Below, one piece after another: positions 28,566 through 39,086 of a DNA stretch of 64,000 nucleotides (the first letter of the stretch is position 1; each line of letters starts with the position of its first letter). Source of the DNA: Nitrospirota bacterium (lineage in GTDB: Bacteria; Nitrospirota; UBA9217). The DNA is taken from the NCBI GenBank assembly GCA_963751455.1, contig CAVVUN010000002.1:611505-675504 (forward strand), written 5' to 3'. Below the pieces are notes generated by a model. That model was not told the origin of the DNA and ran no database searches. It saw only the letters and a list, made by a program, of their open reading frames with translations. Both the position numbers and the translations under genes were made by a program.

Positions 28566-29624
28566 GTGAAACACGAAACCGCACATATTGCTTCCGTCGC
28601 TGTTGCGACGCCGGAGTATACGGTCAGCCAGGAAGAAACCGAGCGCGCCGTTCGAAAATTTTATACCGGCAAGCTCAGTTCGCGCAGCCTGTCGCTCATG
28701 CATACCCTGCTTGCGCATCCCAGCATAGTGAAACGCAGTTTTGCCGTGGATACAATAGGCCGTCTTGCGGAAGAGGACAGTGACGCCCGAATCGCCCGTT
28801 TTACAGATCAGTCGGCGGCGCTTTCCTCCAGGGTAATAGGGCTGGCATTGTCGCAGGCAGGGCTGGAAACTTGCGATGTGGATTCAGTCGTCGTAAACAC
28901 CTGTACCGGCTATATCTGCCCGGGCATATCCACGTATCTTATCGAAAAACTGAACTTGTCCCGTAACGTGCACGTTTACGACCTCGTGGGAAGCGGGTGC
29001 GGCGGAGCAATACCGAATCTCGAACTGGCCGAGTCGCTGCTTAGCCGGAACGGCGGCAAGCCCGTCGTGAGCGTTTCCGTCGAGATCTGTTCCGCCACCT
29101 TCCAGATGGCGAACGATATAAGTCTTCTGTTGTCGAATACGCTCTTCGGGGACGGCGCAGCAGCGGCGGTCCTCTGGACGAGGCCCGAAGGATACGAACT
29201 GGTGGACTCGGCGAGCCTATATGCTCCCGAACATCGCGATTCCATCCGCTATGTCCACAAACAGGGACAGCTCCATAATCAACTCTCGCTCAAATTGCCG
29301 GAACTGGTAAGAAAAGCTGCGGCACAGGTGGTTGCAGACGTGCTGAGCCGTCATTCGCTGAAACCGGCAGACATCCGGCACTGGGCCCTGCACAGCGGGG
29401 GCGAGAAGATCATCAACGCAGTGAGGGATGGGATAGGACTGTCGGAAAAACAGGTGCTCCCGGCGCGTGAGGTCCTCCGGAAACACGGCAACATGTCATC
29501 GCCCACGGTCTGGTTCGTATTGAGAGAGATTGAAAAGCGGGGGATCAGCCAGGGTGAATGGTGCATCATGGTCGCGTTCGGCGCGGGGCTTTCCGCGCAT
29601 GCGTTCCTGCTCAGGAAAAAGTGA
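28566..29624 (+). CDS. Type III polyketide synthase
   Basis: Catalytic triad GSGC(GG), HSGG, GNMSS; LFGDGAAA; FGAG. Confidence 0.93.
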   Translation: MKHETAHIASVAVATPEYTVSQEETERAVRKFYTGKLSSRSLSLMHTLLAHPSIVKRSFAVDTIGRLAEEDSDARIARFTDQSAALSSRVIGLALSQAGLETCDVDSVVVNTCTGYICPGISTYLIEKLNLSRNVHVYDLVGSGCGGAIPNLELAESLLSRNGGKPVVSVSVEICSATFQMANDISLLLSNTLFGDGAAAAVLWTRPEGYELVDSASLYAPEHRDSIRYVHKQGQLHNQLSLKLPELVRKAAAQVVADVLSRHSLKPADIRHWALHSGGEKIINAVRDGIGLSEKQVLPAREVLRKHGNMSSPTVWFVLREIEKRGISQGEWCIMVAFGAGLSAHAFLLRKK

Positions 29625-29646
29625 GAGGGGAAAATGTAAAAATAAA

Positions 29647-29814
29647 GTAACTACTCAGGTCATTTTTTTATCCGCAGATTACGCAGATTTCGCAGATAAA
29701 AACAAAACCAGAATTCCGGTTTTAGAATCTGCGTCAATCTGCGAAATCTGCGGATAGAAGGGCTTTTTCTTAGATTTGTCTTAATGCTGTTCTGAAAAGA
29801 AGCTGAGTAGTTAC
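29647..29814. mobile_element. MITE with GTAACTACTCAG TIRs and 8-bp TSD (IS66-like ends)
   Basis: Perfect 12-bp TIR; AAAATAAA on both sides; inner palindrome ATCCGCAGATTACGCAGAT / ATCTGCGAAATCTGCGGAT. Confidence 0.85.
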
Positions 29815-29916
29815 AAAATAAATTGCAAATTGCAAATATTAAAATTATAAAGAGCAGTTGTTCATTTCGTATCTTGCAAATTGCATTTTGTTATATGCAA
29901 TGACTTAATGATCCCG

Positions 29917-31920
29917 TCAGGCATCGGAATCAAGAACCTCTCTGACTTTGAGCAAGAGCGCAGTCGGAGAGACCGGCTTGGAAATGAAAAAACGTCCCAG
30001 CTCCATGATGCCTCTGTTGCTGACCACATCCGCGGTGTAGCCGCTGGTAAACAGCGCCTTGATGTGCGGCGCAAGGGCTCGAATCTCTTCATACGCTTCC
30101 TTGCCGTTTTTCTTCGGCATGATTACATCGAAAAGCAGAAGTTTGATCTCGTCCTTGCGTTCCTTGAACAGGCGGATAGCCTCGTCGCCGTCCCGGGCGA
30201 CTATGACCCTGTACCCGTGCCGCTCCAGCACGGAGCAACCCAGTTTTCGAAGGCTTTCATCATCTTCCGCGATCAGAATTGTTTCCGATCCTCTCCTCGC
30301 GGACAGCATGGTTGCGGGTATATCGTCCCCTGACGACTCGTCAATCAGCGGAAGATAACAGCTAAAGGTCGTTCCTTTACCGGGCTCGCTCACGCACTCG
30401 ATATATCCCCCGTTTTGCTTTACGATCCCGTAAACGATCGAAAGGCCCAACCCCGTTCCCTTACCCGATTCTTTTGTCGTAAAGAACGGTTCGAATATGC
30501 GCTCGCGCGTAGCCTCGTCCATTCCGGTTCCGGAATCGGCGGTGTGTATGACCGCGTACTCTCCGGCTTTTCCGAAGCGGTGCGTCCCGAGGAAACCCTC
30601 GTTCATACTGAATTTTTCGGTGGTGATCTTCAAGGTGCCGCCGCCGGGCATCGCGTCCCGTGCGTTGGTCGCGAGGTTAAGCAGCAGTTGCTCAAGCTGG
30701 CCGCGGTCCGCAAGAACCGTCAATTCCTTATCGGCGTACGAGGTTCGAAATTCGATGTCCTCGCCGATCACCCGCATAAGCAGTTTCTCTATTTTTGCGA
30801 TTACGGTGTTGAGCGACAGCGGCTTGGGGTCGATAACCTGCTTTCTGCTGAAGGCGAGCAGACTTTGTGTCAGATTGGCCGCGCGGTTTGCGGAGGCGAG
30901 CACTTCGGACGTATAGTTTGAGAGCTGGGCATTTCCCGACACTTTAGCCTGGATCAGAGAAGTATATCCGATGATGGCCGAAAGGATGTTATTGAAGTCG
31001 TGGGCGATTCCGCCCGCGAGCAGCCCGATTGCTTCCATCTTCTGAGAATGAAGCAGTTGTTCCTCAAGTTTCTTTTTCTCGGATATGTTGTTGACTATTT
31101 CAATGGCAGCGGTAACCTTGCCGGTCGAATCGCGCAAGGGGAAGCTCTTGGTTTCCACGTAGATGGATTCGCCGTGTTTGTTTCTATGAACATGGATTTC
31201 CGTATGTGATCCTTCGGTCTCGAACGTTCGCTTGACCGCGCACGGGTGGTTTTCCTCGAAGCAGGGTCTGCCCGCCCCGTGCGAGACCTCATGACATTTT
31301 CTGCCGACCACCTGGTCGCTGCCGATCCCGACCTGGCTGCAGTATGCCTTGTTCGCGGACAGGATCTTGAATTCCCGGTCGATAACGATGAATCCCTCGT
31401 CAACCGTCTCGAGTACGTTCCGGATGAATTCTTCTGCTGTCTTCCGCTTTTCCTCGCTCTCCCGGAAAGATTGCTCGATTTTCAGTTTATCGGTAACATC
31501 CTTCACGTGCTCCAGAACGGCTATTACATTGTCCCGGTCATCGAAAACAGGATAGCTGTATATTTCTGCTTTTGTCGGGGAATGGAAGGTATAAGAAGGT
31601 TTCTTTGTGTCGAAGGTCTTCTTGACGGCGCAGTCGGGACAGCTCTCCCTGCTGTTTCGGAACACTTCGTAGCAGAGCCTGCCTTCCAGGTTGTTTCCGT
31701 ATTTCTGACCAGCCGTCCTGTTATAGCTTACAATGCGGAAATTGCGGTCTACAACCATCAACCTGTCGGTAATGGCATCGTATATTTTCCGGAAATGTTC
31801 GTCGTTCCAGGTTATTTTCGGGTGGGCACCGCTGCTCTGAACCATGTCGCCGTGCAATCCCGTGAAAGCCGGATAGGCTGGATCTTTTTGTTCGCTGCCG
31901 GTTTGCAATTCTGACTTCAT
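29917..31920 (-). CDS. PAS-PAS hybrid histidine kinase / response regulator
   Basis: Two PAS_4-like domains with C..C motifs; [22 protein letters not shown]; C-terminal REC. Confidence 0.95.
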   Translation of the reverse strand: MKSELQTGSEQKDPAYPAFTGLHGDMVQSSGAHPKITWNDEHFRKIYDAITDRLMVVDRNFRIVSYNRTAGQKYGNNLEGRLCYEVFRNSRESCPDCAVKKTFDTKKPSYTFHSPTKAEIYSYPVFDDRDNVIAVLEHVKDVTDKLKIEQSFRESEEKRKTAEEFIRNVLETVDEGFIVIDREFKILSANKAYCSQVGIGSDQVVGRKCHEVSHGAGRPCFEENHPCAVKRTFETEGSHTEIHVHRNKHGESIYVETKSFPLRDSTGKVTAAIEIVNNISEKKKLEEQLLHSQKMEAIGLLAGGIAHDFNNILSAIIGYTSLIQAKVSGNAQLSNYTSEVLASANRAANLTQSLLAFSRKQVIDPKPLSLNTVIAKIEKLLMRVIGEDIEFRTSYADKELTVLADRGQLEQLLLNLATNARDAMPGGGTLKITTEKFSMNEGFLGTHRFGKAGEYAVIHTADSGTGMDEATRERIFEPFFTTKESGKGTGLGLSIVYGIVKQNGGYIECVSEPGKGTTFSCYLPLIDESSGDDIPATMLSARRGSETILIAEDDESLRKLGCSVLERHGYRVIVARDGDEAIRLFKERKDEIKLLLFDVIMPKKNGKEAYEEIRALAPHIKALFTSGYTADVVSNRGIMELGRFFISKPVSPTALLLKVREVLDSDA

Positions 31921-32206
31921 ACGGGGCCCTTGTTATTTGGGATCAGCGCAGCCAAAAAGCGTTGCATATTGGTTTTGCATAATAATCATTGCTTGTGCTT
32001 GTTTTTGCACAAAACCGCCTCATTATATCATAAAAATGAAAGATTGTGTCCAGCTTTATTTGTTTAATTTTTGGGAATGAGGGTGTCATTCGAAGAGATT
32101 TTTTTGCGACGCGGCAATATCTATTTTTTACCAGGTAGCCGCATCCTTTAAAAACCTTTACTTCGCATTATCTTTAAATTTGAGTTTTTGAGAAGCTAAA
32201 AAGCAT

Positions 32207-32437
32207 TTACCGCGAAGGCGCGAGGAGCGCGAAGGAAACCATACGACAAAATCTTATTTCTGGTTTAAACCAGTTTCAATTCCTGCTTTCCTCGCGTCCT
32301 TCGCGCCTTCGCGGTTCCAAGGTATTTTTTCATCGGTCTGAGGCCTTGCCTCGTTAAAGATTTTCTTACGCTTCTTTGCGGCTTTGCGCGAGACGCCTTG
32401 GCTTTGATCTTTTGGTTCCGGTTTGTCCGCGTTAGGG
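32207..32437. repeat. Empty 9-mer palindromic element plus adjacent repeat arm
   Basis: TTACCGCGAAGGCGCGAGGAGCGCGAAGG ... CCTCGCGTCCTTCGCGCCTTCGCGGTTCC; ends GGTTCCGGTTTGTCCGCGTTAGG. Confidence 0.85.
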
Positions 32438-32475
32438 TGCGTTTATGCTGCGAGAGGGACTTTTATGACAGCCTG

Positions 32476-33789
32476 TTAGACTTTTATATTCAGCATCGGC
32501 AGCCCAAGCCTCTGCCTGTTGTTCTCTCCCTTAAACAACGTCCCTCGTCTCTTCGGCACATCGCCGCGCTCGCCTTCGTGCTGTGCCTGCAATTTTGTGG
32601 GAAGGCTGGCAGCATGCCTGACCGTATGTTTGCCGTATTTTCGGGAGAGTTCGTCCACGCACTCGTAGATCCTGGCCATCTTCTCGATCCTGGCAGTGTC
32701 ATCGAAAAGGGTGTATTGGATCCCGCTTTCGGGCACGAGGCCGCCGAGCACGACCCCGGTCTGGCGATACAGCGTGCGCGGCAGGTAGACATCTTGAAAA
32801 CCGCGGCGCAGGAGGCCGAAGAGTTCGACCGGATAGGCTGTGGGGCGGCTTAGTTTGAGCTCGACGCCGCTGCTCGTAAAGTCCTGCTTCCTCAGAAATA
32901 CGATCAGCCGCGTTGCCGCAAGGTTGTACCGCCGGGCCTTGATGCAGGCGCTTTCAAGGTTCTTTGAGACCTGCGCGAACACAAATGCCTCGTCCTGCGA
33001 CGCGGGGGTGAACGTCTTTGCCTTGCTGATGGACTGGTAACTGCTCTTGGTTTCGGTCGTAACGGGGTAGACGCTCCTGCCGTTCAACTCGTGCCATATC
33101 TCGCGATAGGGTTTGGACAGGTGCTGCTCGATAAAGCGTTCGTCTTTGCGTGCGAACTGGAGCGCTGTTGTGATCCCGTGTTTTCCGAGAAATGCGGCGG
33201 TATTCGAGCCGATGCCCCAGACCTTCTCCACGGGCAGTTTTTCGAGATAGAGATGAATGTCGCGTCCCGGTATGATCGTAAGACCGTCGGGTTTTTTGTG
33301 CTTCGATCCGATCTTGGCGAGGACCTTGGAAAGGCTTATGCCCGCGGACACGGTGATGCCCAGTTCCTGTTTTATGGTCTGACGCATTTTCTCGGCGATC
33401 ATGCCATAGGAACCGTGATAAGAGCGCCTGAGACCGGTAAGGTCGACGAAGGCCTCGTCAATGGAATATTCCTCCACATCCGGCGAGAACCTGCGCAGGA
33501 TTTCGAACATCCGGACCGAAAACAAGCTGTACGTCTCATAATCAGAGGGAAGGATAACCGCGTCGGGACAGATCTTTTTTACGTCCCACAGCCGCACCCC
33601 CCGCTGGACCCCACGGGCCTTGGCTTCGTAGCTTGCAGCGGCAACGATGCCGCGCTCCTTGCCGGTCACTACGGGCCTGCCCCGAAGTTCGGGATGGATC
33701 GCCTGTTCGCACGAGGCGAAGAAGGCGTCTGCATCCAGGTGAAGGATGGCCTGCGGCCAGGAGGAGATGGTAAGCGGCTGGTTCGTCAT
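32476..33789 (-). CDS. dinB: Y-family DNA polymerase (Pol IV / UmuC-like)
   Basis: LHLDADAFFASCE, ASYEAKARGV, YSIDEAF, KPDG, VWGIG. Confidence 0.93.
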   Translation of the reverse strand: MTNQPLTISSWPQAILHLDADAFFASCEQAIHPELRGRPVVTGKERGIVAAASYEAKARGVQRGVRLWDVKKICPDAVILPSDYETYSLFSVRMFEILRRFSPDVEEYSIDEAFVDLTGLRRSYHGSYGMIAEKMRQTIKQELGITVSAGISLSKVLAKIGSKHKKPDGLTIIPGRDIHLYLEKLPVEKVWGIGSNTAAFLGKHGITTALQFARKDERFIEQHLSKPYREIWHELNGRSVYPVTTETKSSYQSISKAKTFTPASQDEAFVFAQVSKNLESACIKARRYNLAATRLIVFLRKQDFTSSGVELKLSRPTAYPVELFGLLRRGFQDVYLPRTLYRQTGVVLGGLVPESGIQYTLFDDTARIEKMARIYECVDELSRKYGKHTVRHAASLPTKLQAQHEGERGDVPKRRGTLFKGENNRQRLGLPMLNIKV

Positions 33790-33882
33790 GGGAAACCTCG
33801 AAAAATTAATATGGATCAGCACGGACAAACCCGGATGAACAGTTGGTAGGTTGGGTAGAACGAAGTGAAACCCAACTCTTTA

Positions 33883-35400
33883 CCTTAACGTTGCATAAAA
33901 AATCGCTATGCGGCCCGTTGCAATCGGTCGAGATAATGCAACAACCCCTTTTTGACTCGTGGATTGGCGTTCATTGTCAGAGTTAGCTTGCCGCCGGGCT
34001 GTGTCAGGCGGCCGGCACGCTGTATAAGTGTTCTTCGCAGGGTATTGGGCTCCGTGAACTCCCAAAGAGCGGCCCGTTTTTCGGTGGTGCCCCGGTCGGG
34101 TTCATGCGCGACCATGTGAAGTTCCTTCAGGAGATTGTGCGAGATGATCGCCGACATCATGTATAGCTGATTTCCGTGCAATCTTCTCACAGCCACGTAA
34201 TCCATATTGCACTGGGACTTTAGCTCTCCAAGGATGTTTTCCTGAGAACCGCGGCCCTGATGGAAGTTCAGGACTTTCTTCACCGTCGTTGTTTTGTTTG
34301 TAACGATCACCTTGAAGTCAAACCCGTATTCGTGCGGCGTGAACATATCAAGCTGCACCGGCTCTTTTGACTGCTTTTTGGCTTTTTGACGAATAAAAAG
34401 AAAGCGGAACCGGCTGTCCCAGCTTTTCGGCTTCCAGGGTGTGTCGAAATAGGAAACAACGGAATCGTAACGCCTCCAGCGTTTTTTGGCTTCGATCATG
34501 TGCTTGAGTTCGGAGAACCGCTCAAAGGGGACCGAGATGGTGAACTCAATTCCGTCGCGCTCCAGCGCGCCGACGATTTCATCGCTGAAGAAAGCGCTGT
34601 CCATGCGCACTTCGATGACGATATCCGAACAGGTTGCACGCACCTGTTCGATGCACGCAAGGATGAACGCCCGGGCGCCGTTGGAATCATGTACGTTACC
34701 CGAACGGGGCAGGACGTCAAGGACCATGCCCAACTGAGCGATCATGCAGAAAAGCGGATAATAGCTTCTCTGCCCTTTTTTCTTTTTGTTGAAGCCTACG
34801 GCGGCACCCTCAGCCCATCGGGAGGTCGAGAGCACAGAGCCGTCGAAATCAAGCGTCACGCGACGAAGCTTCAAACCCTGTATGCGGGAGAGCGACATTT
34901 CCCGGCAGAACCGACGAAGATTCAAAATGTCCTTTGCGTCGACCGTCATCAATGCCCGGCTGATCGTGGAAACGTCCGGCATTTTTCGGAGGCCCAGAAG
35001 ACGAAGCGCCATAAGGTCGTCCTGATAGTATTCGATGTCGCGGAGTTTCCGATAACCCAGCATCAGATGCACGATCAGCACGAGCGTAATGACGTGATTG
35101 CCGAAGATGGCGCTCGACGGTAGATGATCAAAGCAGCTTTTCAAGCGGGCTTTCAGATTCAGCTTCGTGAAGAATGCCTGAATGATAGCAAGGCCCGCGT
35201 AGGAAGTGAGCTGTTGATCCTCGAACTTCAGTTCCGGTATTTTGTGAACGCGGCTTAGAACCTGTGCTTTACTGGACTTCACTTTCAGTGGCCTCCTGCT
35301 TGAGTGAAATAATGATATCGCAGGAGCACTATATCCAATAATGAAGCCTGTTTCCAGAGGTTTCTGCATATTTTCAAGAAATGTTTATGCAACTACAAGG
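33883..35400 (-). mobile_element. IS1380-family insertion sequence
   Basis: TIR CCTTAACGTTGCATAAA / CCTTGTAGTTGCATAAA (14 of 17 match); TTTA duplicated on both sides. Confidence 0.92.
33906..35282 (-). CDS. IS1380 DDE transposase
   Basis: GTG start after AGGAGG; LTSYAGL, LDFDGS, YYPL, R.GN.H, RMDSAF, RG..EN...ELK. Confidence 0.92.
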   Translation of the reverse strand: MKSSKAQVLSRVHKIPELKFEDQQLTSYAGLAIIQAFFTKLNLKARLKSCFDHLPSSAIFGNHVITLVLIVHLMLGYRKLRDIEYYQDDLMALRLLGLRKMPDVSTISRALMTVDAKDILNLRRFCREMSLSRIQGLKLRRVTLDFDGSVLSTSRWAEGAAVGFNKKKKGQRSYYPLFCMIAQLGMVLDVLPRSGNVHDSNGARAFILACIEQVRATCSDIVIEVRMDSAFFSDEIVGALERDGIEFTISVPFERFSELKHMIEAKKRWRRYDSVVSYFDTPWKPKSWDSRFRFLFIRQKAKKQSKEPVQLDMFTPHEYGFDFKVIVTNKTTTVKKVLNFHQGRGSQENILGELKSQCNMDYVAVRRLHGNQLYMMSAIISHNLLKELHMVAHEPDRGTTEKRAALWEFTEPNTLRRTLIQRAGRLTQPGGKLTLTMNANPRVKKGLLHYLDRLQRAA

Positions 35401-35514
35401 TTTACACACTCTTGCCACCACTTACAATCTACAATCTGATGGCCGGTGGCAATAATCAAACCTGTCGGGTTTCGCGTCCCGCTCTACCCGACCTACGGAA
35501 CTACGAAACTTTTG

Positions 35515-36450
35515 TTAGCCATCAATGCAGTGAGATTGTCCGAACCGATAGTTCCATCCGTTTGCCGGATTATAGGGAAAGGCGTCAAGAAACAACTCCT
35601 TCTCGCGCTGAAAACTCGTTGAAAAATTCAGCGCATTATCGGTTCCGAGTACGACGGGCGAGGTGTGCTCAGGATACACTGTCTGAACGGGATGATCCTG
35701 ACCATTCCTCCAACATCCAAGATACCGGTGACATGTGGGGCATATTTCTATAGGCAGGTGATGCTTGCGGATGATGTGTGTATGCTCCTCTGCCAAAAAA
35801 ATCGCATGTCCAAGTCGAATCTTCCCCACACAAGTCGTCAGGGGATGCCGCAGCAACCAGCGATCAATGGCCGTTAACGCGGCGGTGTTATCTCGCTGAT
35901 CTTTTTCACTCTCCAATTCCCCCACGTGGATGGCCAAACCCAACGGGCTGTCCAGGATGGTTTCAATGCACACGCCTAGGTCGTCTCCTTGCAAGGTGCG
36001 AATCCCCCGGGGATTAACACCGGAAATATCAATGCCGACAATACAATCGGGATACTCCAGCGCAAGTGTGATGATGTCTCGCGCAATGATTAGATCGTGT
36101 TTATAGCGATCAATACTGAGTAGTCCCTTGGCCTTGTCAGGGTGTCGACGCAAGGCCGACACAAATGCTTCTATATAAGGACGAAACGATCGCTCCGAAG
36201 AAAATTCCCGGGGAGTGCTCCGAATTTCCAAATAATCAGCAGTACTTGTGGTGATTACATCTTCTGTCGCGATTTCAATCCGCTCCGATGACTGCATAAG
36301 ACGATGAACGACCTTAAATAACGTCAGCACATCGGCTTCAGCCAGCGCATCAAGCGCGTGCTGGTCATGATCTGATTGGGCAAACCGCCTCACCAACTCC
36401 TGAGAAATGCTTCCTCCCAAATGGAGATGTAAATCACAGTATTTGTTCAT
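35515..36450 (-). CDS. Adenosine/N6-methyl-AMP deaminase-like metallohydrolase (cassette 6)
   Basis: LHLHLGGS, YLEIRSTPR, LLSIDR, GIDISG, IHVGE, RLGH, EICPT, GTDN. The stop lies inside GGCTAAC. Confidence 0.85.
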   Translation of the reverse strand: MNKYCDLHLHLGGSISQELVRRFAQSDHDQHALDALAEADVLTLFKVVHRLMQSSERIEIATEDVITTSTADYLEIRSTPREFSSERSFRPYIEAFVSALRRHPDKAKGLLSIDRYKHDLIIARDIITLALEYPDCIVGIDISGVNPRGIRTLQGDDLGVCIETILDSPLGLAIHVGELESEKDQRDNTAALTAIDRWLLRHPLTTCVGKIRLGHAIFLAEEHTHIIRKHHLPIEICPTCHRYLGCWRNGQDHPVQTVYPEHTSPVVLGTDNALNFSTSFQREKELFLDAFPYNPANGWNYRFGQSHCIDG

Positions 36451-36605
36451 ATTTCACCTTTGGAGCAGAATCTCGATCAATCGTTGGCAATGTGATTTTT
36501 TTACCCCTGCTGAATAAGGCTTTTCAATAGGTGGTTGAGGGATGCCCCTCGCGATGTCTGCGGTGGCAATGATGTCAATATCGCAGACACCTGATTTCAC
36601 AAACT

Positions 36606-36663
36606 GGCTAACACGACGCTGAGGGGCGTGTTTTCAGCGCCCCTCTCGAGCGTTTTGTTATCA
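36606..36663 (-). other. attC site (58 bp)
   Basis: Minus strand TGATAAC...GAGAGGGGCG-loop-CGCCCCTCAG...GTTAGCC; imperfect palindrome. Confidence 0.85.
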
Positions 36664-36687
36664 ATTCATTTTAAATTTTACGAAATG

Positions 36688-37282
36688 CTATTGAAGCTCA
36701 AGTGAATGCAAATTTTCCATCATCAACCAGCCCTGAGGCTTCTCTTTACTTGTTATCCTTATCCACCATTCGTAATCTGGTTCTTGATCCTGCTTGTAAT
36801 CGTCACTATTGCCATACCAAAAACAATGTTCAATCCAGATTATTTGATTCTGCCACTTAGGAGCCTTCTGGCGCATGATGCAATTCTTCAAAACTGTCAC
36901 CCCTCTTGAATACAAAGCTTTTCAAGGCATCAGAGCCATATTTGAGGTTAGGGTCGAGAAACGGGGCATTGTATTTTTCATTGGAAAGATATTCAATATT
37001 GCCGTAGCTTACTCCTTCGAGTTCGACTTTTCGCGCTTTGATAAGAACCGAGCTGCTCTTAAGCGTTCGAGTTCTGCTTTTATCAAAGGAGATAACCTCG
37101 CCTTTCTTTATACGAAATTTATTAATATTTGGAGAATTATTGAAAGGCTTCGTGTGCAAGGATAAGACATCATTTTTCGTTACCAATATGCGATTAAGTT
37201 CGATGGGGACGAGTTCAGACTCAAAAGAGTATGCTAGGGAGCAATAAAAGAATACGATCATCAAAACAAATAGAGTTCGCAT
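36688..37282 (-). pseudogene. Exported hypothetical protein, frameshifted near 36860 (cassette 5)
   Basis: AGGAGG RBS and signal peptide; ORFs 36857-37282 and 36688-36915 overlap in different frames and together fill the space between two attC sites. Confidence 0.6.
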
Positions 37283-37295
37283 TCTTCCTCCTTAT

Positions 37296-37355
37296 AGATA
37301 ACCGCGCGGGTCACGCGCCGCCTTTGGCGCGTCACAGTGGACCCGCATGTTGGCA
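37296..37355 (-). other. attC site (60 bp)
   Basis: Minus strand TGCCAAC-ATGCGGGTC...GACCCGCGCG-GTTATCT; similar to the site at 39902. Confidence 0.85.
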
Positions 37356-37448
37356 TGCGATTTTATCGAAGGCTCTCTGCCAGGTCAAACTGAAAGCACT
37401 CTGTGAACCAAGTGTCCCCAAACGCCTTCAAATAGAAACTACTAGAAA

Positions 37449-37898
37449 CTACGTTCCGGAGACGCGTCCCGGAGACGTCTCTTGTAGTTTGCCGTTCCAA
37501 TACTCGATGTAGGCTACATAAGACTTTTTACCGGCCAGGAAGCTCATATGCTGCTCGGCATTCAGTTTGTATGCACGCATAGAACGCATTCCCAGCCTGC
37601 GCGCTTTTTCCATTCTATGGTTGCCGTCGATCAGGTTATATCGTCCAGGGGCTATTTCCGCCAATATTACCGGCCTGGAAATCTGCACTGAATCCATATG
37701 AGACTCGTTGATAGATGAAAACTCCTTGTGAAAATCGCTTACCGCTACGTCCTCAAGTGCAATGCCCTCAGGATTTGCCTGAATGTATTCTGTCATCTTT
37801 GTGATATTAAACACGAAAATGCCGTTTGGATACAGCTCGTCTCCGGTAGCAACAGGGCATGGAGCGAAATTATTATCGACCTTCAGTATTTTTGCCAA
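37449..37898 (-). CDS. ParB/Srx N-terminal domain protein (cassette 4)
   Basis: RPVILAE...YNLIDGNHR..KA..LG; GAGG RBS. Confidence 0.75.
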   Translation of the reverse strand: MAKILKVDNNFAPCPVATGDELYPNGIFVFNITKMTEYIQANPEGIALEDVAVSDFHKEFSSINESHMDSVQISRPVILAEIAPGRYNLIDGNHRMEKARRLGMRSMRAYKLNAEQHMSFLAGKKSYVAYIEYWNGKLQETSPGRVSGT

Positions 37899-37962
37899 TG
37901 AGAATTCCTCTCTAGAAAGAGATCATCGTATCTTTATCGCTGATTGTTGTTTGGGCTCCAGC

Positions 37963-38352
37963 TTACCACCTGCGCCGCCACTTATCGCGGTAGTTCGGCG
38001 GCTCGGGGATAGGTTCGCTCGGCTCCGTCGTTCTCTCTGCTACAAAAGTGCTTTCATCACCGTCTTTAATCCTGAACCTGCCCATCAGGCGTCCATCCTT
38101 GCGAAGCTTCACGCTCCCGGATCCGGAGACAGGGTCGTATTCCCACGCACCCTGCCATGAAAACGACACGCCCGCCTTGGTGGGCTTGCAGTTCACGTGA
38201 GCGAGAAGAGCGAACATCCTCAATCGATCATCATATCCCGTCAGCGAAATCAGCGCCGTCCCGATTTCGTCGATGCTGTCGTTAGCCCATTGTGATGTTT
38301 CAATGATCCGCCACCAACCATAGTACTCGTAAGGTATGTCTATGTCGGCCAC
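37963..38352 (-). CDS. Hypothetical beta-rich protein (cassette 4)
   Basis: GTG start after GGAG; GWWRIIE...FSWQG...VSGSG...DG.L.G pattern. Confidence 0.65.
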   Translation of the reverse strand: MADIDIPYEYYGWWRIIETSQWANDSIDEIGTALISLTGYDDRLRMFALLAHVNCKPTKAGVSFSWQGAWEYDPVSGSGSVKLRKDGRLMGRFRIKDGDESTFVAERTTEPSEPIPEPPNYRDKWRRRW

Positions 38353-38394
38353 TGGAATTTTTTCTCCGTAGAGAGGGACAAGAGCATTTTCGCC

Positions 38395-38425
38395 GCCGAA
38401 CACCCTCTGAACGGCGTGGTTGGGA
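38395..38425 (-). other. Internally deleted attC
   Basis: Minus strand TCCCAAC-CACGCCGTTCAGAGGGT-GTTCGGC. Both cores are present but the site is only 31 bp. Confidence 0.5.
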
Positions 38426-38611
38426 CAATGTGTCGGTTTTCGTTCGTCTCTACCCGACCGACTGACAACTTGAAACATCTGAGTATTCGCTACGCACGTC
38501 ACTAGATCACAGGAGGCAAAATGCGAAAATCAATCTTGTCTTATGATGTGATCCGTGTCTTAATGCATTTATCCTATCCAGGTTAAAGCGAAATCAATGG
38601 TAAATCCCCGG

Positions 38612-38947
38612 TTATGGCTCATCATCCTCTAAAGAATCGCCAACAAGATCAAGAATGACTGTATGAAATTCCAACTCGAACCATTTTTTAAACATATCAA
38701 CATCTCGTTTCCGCGGCCAGCTTTCCTCCTCAGTATGCCATTCACTCAACTGCTCTTCAAAAATACGCTCATAGAACTGCTGAAGCAGCTTTTCATTGGT
38801 AGTACCATCAAAACTATCCGGCAGGAGATAAACCGTGCTATCCTCATCTATGTCATTACGGGTAACATGTTCAGATTCAGGAAGAGATAGTATCCAATCA
38901 ATAAAAGGTTGTTTTGCTTTTATAGTCACTGCCGACCGATTCAGCAT
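38612..38947 (-). CDS. Conserved acidic hypothetical protein (cassette 3)
   Basis: NRSA..IK.KQPF.DW...VYL.P...IFE..L..W...WP...F..WF pattern. Confidence 0.75.
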   Translation of the reverse strand: MLNRSAVTIKAKQPFIDWILSLPESEHVTRNDIDEDSTVYLLPDSFDGTTNEKLLQQFYERIFEEQLSEWHTEEESWPRKRDVDMFKKWFELEFHTVILDLVGDSLEDDEP

Positions 38948-39025
38948 TTTTCAAGTACCGTCACTTTCATCAGACTATGCAACTTGTGGAGTCCTTGTGC
39001 CGTGATTGAATTTCGCGAGATACTC

Positions 39026-39084
39026 ATACAACACCGACGTGAGGGGCGCGATTTTTGCGACCCCTCTCGACGGAGTCGTTAGTT
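39026..39084 (-). other. attC site (59 bp)
   Basis: Minus strand AACTAAC...GAGAGGGGTCGC-AAAAAT-CGCGCCCCTC...GTTGTAT; begins 2 nt after the gene stop. Confidence 0.87.
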
Positions 39085-39086
39085 TT

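Larger units (their letters stand above)
33846..35496. repeat. GTAG-REP doublet (REPIN) split by IS1380
   Basis: GTAGGTTGGGTAGAACGAAGTGAAACCCAAC (33846-33876) and inverted GTCGGGTTTCGCGTCCCGCTCTACCCGACCTAC (35464-35496); related arm at 38432-38458. Confidence 0.75.
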
